From IMG/VR virus record IMGVR_UViG_3300044591_002613: a stretch of DNA of 64,000 nucleotides; one strand, given 5' to 3'. Below, piece by piece: positions 1 to 7,210 of this stretch (position 1 is the first letter of the stretch; each line of letters begins with the position of its first letter). A program made the position numbers and the translations under genes. Origin of the DNA: a virus. The notes under the pieces are model-generated. The model saw only the letters and a list, made by a program, of their open reading frames with translations, was not told the origin of the DNA and made no database searches.

Positions 1-513
1 AATAGCGGTCGAGAGTTATTCAAAACCATTCCATATTTTGGCGATTGGGCTTGCTATAAAACATGCGAACTCATGGATCAAACACTTGGTTACAGTAACC
101 TCCGCATTGACGGATTGGGAATCGAAGCCTCTGACCCTAATAAAAACACCGGACCTGTATTTGGTCTACGTTACCTATACGGTATTAACCAAAAATTTAC
201 TAAAGACATAATTCCAGAATGGGAAGCTTTAGGCTGGAATTTATCAAAAGTCTGGAATGCCCCAATTGGTCAAGTCGAGAGCTGTTTGTGTAAAGTACCT
301 AAAATATTGCATAAGGGGAGTTATGTAGTTGGACATGACATTAATGAATTTCTAGTTCTTAAAAAACCAGAATTATATCCAGATAACATATTTTGGAATT
401 TAATCAATGAATGCGGATTTGATCATAAATTTTTGCAACATCATTTTTCAGTAAAAGAAAAAACTGCGTACATTAAAACCAAACAATTGCTTTTTGTGGA
501 GGAAGCCATATGA
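1..513 (+). CDS. Amino acid:DNA transferase (ADDT / aGPT-PPlase clade 2)-like DNA hypermodification enzyme, 5'-partial
   Basis: Frame +1 is open from base 1 (NSGRELFKTIPYFGDWACYKTCELMDQ...). Motifs FGDWACYKxxELMD, GPVFGL, QVESCLCK and YVVGHDINE resemble the FGxWxxFKxxD, ETxLCK and YxxGHDxxE motifs of this family; a P-loop kinase lies nearby. Confidence 0.72.
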   Translation, partial: NSGRELFKTIPYFGDWACYKTCELMDQTLGYSNLRIDGLGIEASDPNKNTGPVFGLRYLYGINQKFTKDIIPEWEALGWNLSKVWNAPIGQVESCLCKVPKILHKGSYVVGHDINEFLVLKKPELYPDNIFWNLINECGFDHKFLQHHFSVKEKTAYIKTKQLLFVEEAI

Positions 514-839
514 AAAAGAAAAGTAAGTCAAATAAGTATAGCCATTTGAGTGATATTGAAAAAGCTTTCGTAAAGAACTATTCTTACGATGAATTGCAAA
601 TGCTAAAGACCTACAGTGTCGATAAGCTAAAGCAGATTATCGCAGAACAGAATGCGCATGTTCTAAAGGCAAAGAAGGAAATGGAGGCTAATTCAGAATT
701 CAAATCTGCACAAGAAATTTTGCAAACATTTCGTAGTGCCTTCAATGAAACAAGAAACTTTGCAGACTCTAAACGAGTATTGGCTCTTTCCTTGCTGCAG
801 AAGGAGGGGATTGTAGACATGGGTGCTGAATTAGAGTAA
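510..839 (+). CDS. Hypothetical helical protein
   Basis: 109-aa ORF with ATGA overlap to the upstream gene and GGAGG RBS. Confidence 0.75.
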   Translation: MKKKSKSNKYSHLSDIEKAFVKNYSYDELQMLKTYSVDKLKQIIAEQNAHVLKAKKEMEANSEFKSAQEILQTFRSAFNETRNFADSKRVLALSLLQKEGIVDMGAELE

Positions 840-849
840 GGGCAAAACA

Positions 850-1224
850 ATGATTGTTAATGAAACTAAAATTACATTAAAAATGTTTTGCAAAACTCTT
901 AATATCCCAGTACCTTCTACTGAAGATCATCAACTTTTTATGAAAAATTATGTAGAACAACATAATTTGGACTGGAATAATTTAACAGAAAAAATTAAAA
1001 AGAATAAAGAAAAAACATCTAGTCGACGAAAACAAAGACATAAAGAGTTAATGGAAGAACTGCGCAAGGCAGACGAAAAATTCTTTTTAGACCACGGAGC
1101 TGCTAAAGCCAAAGATCGTAATTGTCTTAAATGCAATACTGTATTTTTTTCACCAAACGGTAATAGGATTTGTACTAAATGCCATAAAACAAACCAGGAG
1201 TATATTGAGGGCTTCCATGACTAA
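850..1224 (+). CDS. Hypothetical protein with C-terminal Zn-ribbon
   Basis: CLKC-x11-CTKC motif; operonic spacing. Confidence 0.7.
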   Translation: MIVNETKITLKMFCKTLNIPVPSTEDHQLFMKNYVEQHNLDWNNLTEKIKKNKEKTSSRRKQRHKELMEELRKADEKFFLDHGAAKAKDRNCLKCNTVFFSPNGNRICTKCHKTNQEYIEGFHD

Positions 1225-1855
1225 AGTAGCAATTTTTCTAATGGGCGCAGGCGCCACTGGCAAAACGACAACTAGAAATACTTTTTGCCAGGGTGATGGC
1301 AAAGAAATTTCTAAAATGGGTAAATTTATTAAAAAACGTATGCCTAATAGAGGGGCTACAATTGAGCAGAAATATAGTATTGTTCAATACGATAATTGTG
1401 TTTTGGTTGGTAATAAAAATTCTGGCACGGATTCCATAACTACACCATCGCTGGTTAGAACGGGCTTCTTTGATGCTCTAGAGCTATCAGATACAGTTAT
1501 TATCGATGGCGTTATGTCGACCTCTCGTTGGGTAGAAATGGTTAACGAATATCGGCATAAAGAAGATATTAAAGTCGTTGTTGTACATTACGACTTTGCC
1601 GTAGAAAAGATCAGAGAGCGTCTTTCATTGCGCAGAAAAAATGCGGGCATCGTAGAAGAACGTCTTCCTGACTTAACATTTAATAATGTTCAGGTCTTTA
1701 CGGATAGAGCAAAGATGTGCGTAGGATATTTCTTGGATTTATGCCGCGCCCCTGTTACTCTAGTAAAAGTAGATTTTGAAGATTCACCCGAACAAGTAGT
1801 GCAAAAGCTACAGCAAGGAATTAAAGAATGTTTGTCTACGGCACCTTCCCTGTAG
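1217..1855 (+). CDS. P-loop nucleotide kinase, 5-hydroxymethyl-pyrimidine DNA kinase-like
   Basis: Walker A GAGATGKTT, VLVG..SGTDSI and VIIDG motifs like phage modification-associated P-loop kinases; ATG at 1217 after GAGG; adjacent to the ADDT-like gene. Confidence 0.7.
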   Translation: MTKVAIFLMGAGATGKTTTRNTFCQGDGKEISKMGKFIKKRMPNRGATIEQKYSIVQYDNCVLVGNKNSGTDSITTPSLVRTGFFDALELSDTVIIDGVMSTSRWVEMVNEYRHKEDIKVVVVHYDFAVEKIRERLSLRRKNAGIVEERLPDLTFNNVQVFTDRAKMCVGYFLDLCRAPVTLVKVDFEDSPEQVVQKLQQGIKECLSTAPSL

Positions 1856-2364
1856 TTAGCACAGAGATCCTATTTGACGTTCTTAAAAAACGCAGTAGCG
1901 ATCCTCTAGTTCAGGTGGTTGCAATTGCCGTAGACACATCAACTAATTCCGTTATTGCCTATGGCGTTAACAAAATAATTTCAGCATTTGAAAAAAATGC
2001 AAGGGCTCTTTCTGAGCTTGCGGTTGATAAAAATCCTGCCAAAAAATTCTTAGTTCGCCATGCAGAAATTGATCTTTTAGAAAAAATGACGCAAACAATG
2101 AATATTGATAAATATCAATTTATTGTAAGTATACAGCCCTGCATGGCTTGTATGACTAAACTGCTTGATAAAAATATCAATAGTATTGGTTATATTAAAG
2201 AAAATCGCCACCAAGATGAACAAGAAATTATGAAGCCTTTTTTATCCAATATCCAATATGGTAAAATAGAGCATAAAATGGTTTGCGTACCACCTTGGAT
2301 TGTAACAGAGGCCGAACTTGAACAAACTGTTAGAAATAATCGAACTATGCAAGAAAATGGCTAA
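1828..2364 (+). CDS. Zn-dependent cytidine/dCMP deaminase family protein (divergent)
   Basis: HAE and PCMAC zinc motifs; SSDPLVQVVA...IAYGVN resembles the dCMP deaminase N-terminal strand. Confidence 0.8.
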   Translation: MFVYGTFPVVSTEILFDVLKKRSSDPLVQVVAIAVDTSTNSVIAYGVNKIISAFEKNARALSELAVDKNPAKKFLVRHAEIDLLEKMTQTMNIDKYQFIVSIQPCMACMTKLLDKNINSIGYIKENRHQDEQEIMKPFLSNIQYGKIEHKMVCVPPWIVTEAELEQTVRNNRTMQENG

Positions 2365-2551
2365 ATCCACGCCTGCGGAAACTGTACAAGACAGAATGTA
2401 TAAAATTCTTGATGGTTCTGTATCTTCTATTTCCAAAAAAACTACAGTTAAAACTCCAGAAATAAAAATGCCGGAAGCCCCTAAACTTCCGGGTACATCT
2501 ATTCCCACGGGTTCTCGTCAAAAAAACAAGATTGGTAATTCCGAAGTTTAA
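2318..2551 (+). CDS. Small hypothetical protein, possibly virion-internal
   Basis: 77-aa ORF filling the gap before the convergent gene; contains MAKS and a Pro-rich tail; start uncertain. Confidence 0.5.
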   Translation: MNKLLEIIELCKKMAKSTPAETVQDRMYKILDGSVSSISKKTTVKTPEIKMPEAPKLPGTSIPTGSRQKNKIGNSEV

Positions 2552-3000
2552 ATTAATTTTGCCTGATCATTTAATATTCTTTTAATTGAATCTTCAATAA
2601 TTTTAGTCACTTCCATAACATCTTCATGATTTTTAATAAAAGCCGGATCTTCAATTCGTTTTAAATCCAGGTCTGGCAGGACCGTGTAGAGCGGCTTGCA
2701 TTTATGTATAAATTGAACATGGTTTTTATACATATAGTTGAAATGTGCGGGGGCCATATATAAAACAATATCCGCCCACTCCATTAATTCTGCCGTAAGA
2801 TGCTGAGAACGTATTGTTGGCTCCGAATAACCTAATTCAATTAAACAACGACGCATTTTTTTAGCCATTAGGTAGTTTTTACCGGCACCTTCTGCAGTTC
2901 CAGCAGATTTAACTTCCATATGCGGCGCCAGGCATTTAAGGATATGCTCCGCAGTTGGGCTGCGGAATTTATTACCGGTGCAAATGAATAAAACTTTCAT
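2548..3000 (-). CDS. Low-molecular-weight protein tyrosine phosphatase / ArsC-like protein
   Basis: VLFICTGNKFRSPTAE (CX5R loop), VKSAGT, WADIVLYM and IEDP motifs. Confidence 0.9.
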   Translation of the reverse strand: MKVLFICTGNKFRSPTAEHILKCLAPHMEVKSAGTAEGAGKNYLMAKKMRRCLIELGYSEPTIRSQHLTAELMEWADIVLYMAPAHFNYMYKNHVQFIHKCKPLYTVLPDLDLKRIEDPAFIKNHEDVMEVTKIIEDSIKRILNDQAKLI

Positions 3001-3007
3001 TTAATCC

Positions 3008-3931
3008 TCAATAAAGAGTTTGTTCGTCAACTAAGCCTTGCTCAATTAAACGTTTGTAGTTTTCTCGTACCTCAGAGCGTTTGTTATGATAAACATTAGT
3101 TTGCCTAAAAATTTTATCTAGTTCGTGGTCATACGGGTGAAAATTTTGAAACACTAAGTCTGGATTGTTTTCCAAAATCTGCTTGGGTGTATAGCCAGTA
3201 ACAAAGACTGCTTCCATAAGCAACTTAGGCCATTTATACGCCGACAGCATTTTATTTAGATCCGGCGACATAGTAAAATGCCTAAATTCAATGGTTTCGG
3301 TGTCTTCAAACACTTGCTTAAGATTTACACCAGCCCTAACCACAACATGCCACATAGGCTGCCCAAACCGATTTTTAGGGGCATGAGCCTCATAAAACTC
3401 GCGTGGTGACTTAGCATTCATCATAAGTTTATAAACTTTTTCTGATACGCGGTATCTATGGGACTTATTGCGACGACGCCATCTTGAAACAGCACCGTTA
3501 TAAAAGTCCGGATTAGAAAATTTAAGCTGTCGTTCTGGGAACGGATTTGGGTCTATGAGTTCATAGATTTCTTCGTCATATTTACGAAGATATGCAGTAA
3601 TTTTCTTTAGGGCCTCTAGATCATCCTTCAGTCCGGGAATACGAATATGAACATGCAGATTAGTAGTAAAGTTAAAGTGTTTTTTAGGCAAAAGATCATA
3701 AATTTCTTTAGTAGCGCGAAGCAACTCTTCCGGAGAGTTTTCTGGCTTCATTTGAATCTCGCCACCATATCGATTAAAAACTTTTTTAGGATCATTTGCA
3801 GTTCCATTGGAATTACAGATAGATCCATCTTTATCACACCATCTATTTCCCGGCGGAAGAATAATTTTTGTATCAACATCGCCAAGTTCTAATTCGGCGC
3901 CAAACGTCATCTTGCTTAAATCAATTGCCAT
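3008..3931 (-). CDS. Putative amidoligase (COOH-NH2 ligase, Amidoligase_2-like)
   Basis: TFGAELE, DGS, GGEI, LHVHI and TIEFRH motifs; ATG at 3931 preceded by GGAG. Confidence 0.8.
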   Translation of the reverse strand: MAIDLSKMTFGAELELGDVDTKIILPPGNRWCDKDGSICNSNGTANDPKKVFNRYGGEIQMKPENSPEELLRATKEIYDLLPKKHFNFTTNLHVHIRIPGLKDDLEALKKITAYLRKYDEEIYELIDPNPFPERQLKFSNPDFYNGAVSRWRRRNKSHRYRVSEKVYKLMMNAKSPREFYEAHAPKNRFGQPMWHVVVRAGVNLKQVFEDTETIEFRHFTMSPDLNKMLSAYKWPKLLMEAVFVTGYTPKQILENNPDLVFQNFHPYDHELDKIFRQTNVYHNKRSEVRENYKRLIEQGLVDEQTLY

Positions 3932-4025
3932 AGGCGACTCCAAGTGTATAATTTATACTAGCGATTTGCTAATATAAGACAATGGCATTAATTTCATTAA
4001 AAGTCAAGGTTTTTTGGAGAAAAGA

Positions 4026-5738
4026 ATGAGCATTCATCATCTTAAAAAAATGCACAAAATGTGTAAGGCAATGCCCGTTGATCAGGCCGTAGAAGAAATC
4101 AAAGGACCGGCTAAAGTCAATGAAGTAATGCCTAAAGTTGCTCCAGAAGATCGAGCCGATGTTTTTAACAAGTTGCGAATGGAAAAAGCAACAGAGCTAC
4201 AAAAACAGGCTATGCCAGCTGGCGGTGCAAGACCTGGGACAGAAATGAGCCCGGCTATGGTTCAAACTTCTTCTCAAACTGCAATGGCAAAAGCGGACGA
4301 AGAGAACGATGACGCTGCTCTTACAGATGCTATGAAAGATTTAAAACGTCAGAAAAGATTTAGAGATGTAGCTAAGTTAGCACAGGACATGGGCGAAGCT
4401 GCAGAGCGTAGTGGAGATGCAAAAACAGCGCAGGCTCACTATAAAACTGCTCTAAGATATCACAATAAACATGCCGAACAAGACTATACAGGAAAACCTG
4501 TTGATGTTAGTGTTCCTAAAACCGAAGCAGTAACCGTTCCAAGAAAAGTTGGTCGTGATACTGAAGTACGTCGTCAGTTTGAGCAAGATCTTGCGCCTTT
4601 GCAAGAAGAACTTAGGTCTTTAACTAAACCAAAAACCGAAGAAGAAATTAAAAACGCACAAGATCCAAAGATTGCTCCTCAAAGATTAAAAAGAATTAAA
4701 GAATTAAACGAGCAAATTTTAGACAGAAAACAAAAATTTGGCGCTGCAGCACTTGGCCTTGGCGATCCTAAATCACCTAACTATGATCCTGATTTTGAAG
4801 ATCCCGATACAAAAAGTGCTCTTTATGATCCTAATGTTTCTATGGCTGCAGAACAATTCCGCGCACAACAAAAACCCGTTTCTGAAGAAATGCCAAAAGA
4901 ATTCTTGGAACAAGAAGAAACTAGACAGGTTCCTGGGTTTGAAACAAAACGTCAATACCAAGGAAGAGCCGATCAAAGTTTATCAAGCAGAAGTTACTCA
5001 CCAGATTCTCGTGGCTCGTTGACACAATTAACAGGGCCTGGAGTAAGAGGTGTGCCTGGTCGTAGTTCTAAGTTCGGTCCTAGCGCACAGGCTCAGGCTG
5101 AACACATGGATTGGTTTTTAGCTCGTCAAGGGGCTAAGGGTGGTTCTGGACTAAGGCCACAAGGAGCGGCTGAACGAGAAGTAGGCGATGCAACCGAAGG
5201 GGCGGCGCAAGAAGCACAAAGCGTTGTCTCGCAACCAAATTATTCTCCCGGTTCTGGTGAATTCAAAAGAAAAGTCAAGCCAAAATCTGGTGGCGGAGAT
5301 GTAGTAGCAGGCGGTGGCGCGGCTGAATATGCAGCTAGAATTGCTGAACTAAAGGCTAGACAAGAGGCAGCCCAAAAACAAAAAGTTTCCGCTGAAGCTC
5401 AAAAACCACAAGAAATTCCTTCTGCGAATGAAGGATTTGTAGCAATGCCTAAAGCAGAAATTGAAAGAAGAATGAAAGAAAAACAAGGCGCAAGCGACGA
5501 ACAGGCTGCTAAGTCTATGTATAAATCTGCAGAGCAGGCTAAAAATCCAGCGTTTATGAAAAGACCAAAAGAAGGGACGGTTGCTGGCGAAATTCCAGAA
5601 TCCGACATTGTTGGTGACTATTCTAAACGAATGGGAGAAGAAAAATCTGTGAATGACAAGCCAGCAAAAAAACAAGGGTTTGGCAGCGCGGAAACTCTTA
5701 AAAAGGCCCATTCTTTATTAAAGAAGAAATATAAATAA
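4026..5738 (+). CDS. Low-complexity, probably internal head (prohead core/ejection) protein
   Basis: About 570 aa, rich in A/E/K/Q/G and hydrophilic, with several x-x-K-A/S motifs near both ends; GGAG RBS before ATG 4026. Confidence 0.55.
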   Translation: MSIHHLKKMHKMCKAMPVDQAVEEIKGPAKVNEVMPKVAPEDRADVFNKLRMEKATELQKQAMPAGGARPGTEMSPAMVQTSSQTAMAKADEENDDAALTDAMKDLKRQKRFRDVAKLAQDMGEAAERSGDAKTAQAHYKTALRYHNKHAEQDYTGKPVDVSVPKTEAVTVPRKVGRDTEVRRQFEQDLAPLQEELRSLTKPKTEEEIKNAQDPKIAPQRLKRIKELNEQILDRKQKFGAAALGLGDPKSPNYDPDFEDPDTKSALYDPNVSMAAEQFRAQQKPVSEEMPKEFLEQEETRQVPGFETKRQYQGRADQSLSSRSYSPDSRGSLTQLTGPGVRGVPGRSSKFGPSAQAQAEHMDWFLARQGAKGGSGLRPQGAAEREVGDATEGAAQEAQSVVSQPNYSPGSGEFKRKVKPKSGGGDVVAGGGAAEYAARIAELKARQEAAQKQKVSAEAQKPQEIPSANEGFVAMPKAEIERRMKEKQGASDEQAAKSMYKSAEQAKNPAFMKRPKEGTVAGEIPESDIVGDYSKRMGEEKSVNDKPAKKQGFGSAETLKKAHSLLKKKYK

Positions 5739-5977
5739 TGTTACTAAAACCATTTAATGGCTGCAGGCGCACTGCAATTGCATTTTATACAATAACAGTC
5801 TTAGCAATCCTAGGATTTGTTAACGATATAGACGTTGCAAGTCCAATTGCGTCTGTAGCCATTGCATTGGCTGCCGTAAATGGTGTAGAAAAAGCATACA
5901 AAGAACCTCGCATGAAACAAAAAGAGGATACTGAGTATGTTGGAAATGGACCAAAGAACAAAAAAGCTAGTAGCTGA
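5738..5977 (+). CDS. Putative holin
   Basis: Two hydrophobic segments and a charged C-terminal tail; directly upstream of the endolysin. Confidence 0.65.
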   Translation: MLLKPFNGCRRTAIAFYTITVLAILGFVNDIDVASPIASVAIALAAVNGVEKAYKEPRMKQKEDTEYVGNGPKNKKASS

Positions 5978-6383
5978 GTTAATCCCACCGGCAAAAGAAG
6001 TAATGACTCGAATGCTAGAAATTGCATATGCCAACGGGCTAAATATGCAGTGCCATTCTGGTTATAGAGCACCCGAAGATCAAGACAAACTTTATGCCCT
6101 TGGACGTACCGAGCCTGGAAAGATTGTTACAAACGCAAAGGGTGGTCAGTCTACACATAATTATCGTTTAGCCTGCGATTTCCATTTTGTGGACAAAAAA
6201 GGCGCTATTATTTGGGACGAAAAGCTTTATCGCAAAATTTGGAGCCTAGTAAAGCCTATTCTTGAGCCAAAAGGTTTAAGATGGGCCGGTAATTGGAAAA
6301 AATTCAAAGAAACTGCTCATTTTGAATATAATCCACAAAATTTATCATGGCGTGATTTACAAAAGAAGAATCCTTATGTTTGA
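5937..6383 (+). CDS. Endolysin, peptidase M15 (L-Ala-D-Glu peptidase, Ply500/CwlK-like)
   Basis: SGYR..EDQ..LYA.GRT.PG.IVTNAKGGQS.HNY..A.D and WAGNW..F.E..HFE motifs. Confidence 0.92.
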   Translation: MLEMDQRTKKLVAELIPPAKEVMTRMLEIAYANGLNMQCHSGYRAPEDQDKLYALGRTEPGKIVTNAKGGQSTHNYRLACDFHFVDKKGAIIWDEKLYRKIWSLVKPILEPKGLRWAGNWKKFKETAHFEYNPQNLSWRDLQKKNPYV

Positions 6384-6930
6384 TAAAAAATATATTATAG
6401 TCGGAACGTTATGCCTAGTAGGCGGATATGCTATTGGTTATGGCAACCGTCCCGCGCCAGACATTCAAGTTAAAGAAGTATTTGTTTTCGATACCGAAAA
6501 ACTAGAAAAGGCTATTGCTGAAGAACGCGAACGTCTGGAAAAAGAATATCAATCTAAAAAATCCGAAAAAAAGATCACCAAGAAAATAACTAAGCCAAAT
6601 GGTGAAATTATTGAAACCACTAAAGAAGAATCTAAGTCCGAAGAAAATAGCTCCGAAGTTGTGCAAAAAGATAAAAAAGAATCAAAAGAAACTAAAGAAA
6701 CTGAAAGCGTGAAAAAAGAAACTGAAATTGTCCAAAAACAAAATTTATCTAAATATTCTGCCGGATTAATGGCAGAAAAACCAGTTGATAAACTATTATC
6801 GACTAAGCCAACTGAAGAATTAAACGTTGAATTAAATCTTGGGTTTAGATTGTATGGGCCACTATGGATTGAAACTGGATATGGGTTTAAAGATAAAAGC
6901 CTTGCCCTAGGATTTAAACTAGAGTTTTGA
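6376..6930 (+). CDS. Spanin-like protein: N-terminal TM/signal, charged stalk, C-terminal amphipathic beta-strands ending in Phe
   Basis: Follows the endolysin; YIIVGTLCLVGGYAIGYG hydrophobic segment, K/E-rich stalk, C-terminus ...LALGFKLEF. Confidence 0.6.
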   Translation: MFDKKYIIVGTLCLVGGYAIGYGNRPAPDIQVKEVFVFDTEKLEKAIAEERERLEKEYQSKKSEKKITKKITKPNGEIIETTKEESKSEENSSEVVQKDKKESKETKETESVKKETEIVQKQNLSKYSAGLMAEKPVDKLLSTKPTEELNVELNLGFRLYGPLWIETGYGFKDKSLALGFKLEF

Positions 6931-7210
6931 CATAAAAACTTCTAGAATTTGTATTGGAAATTTATTATCTGCTAAAAACTCTAAAAGATCTATTTTTGAA
7001 TTTGTTTCAAAGATAGATTCTTTTTTTATTTCTTCATATGAAATGATTTGTCCTTTAGTGTCTGTTAACATTACCCAAAAAAAACGCGGCAACCCAAGGT
7101 TGCCATGATGTAAGTTTTTCTTATTTATTCTTGTTGGCATTTTATACTTTTTGATATTGTTCCAACTAGGAAAGTTTGAACGCCACCATAAAAAGTACGA
7201 CTTAGGTTTT

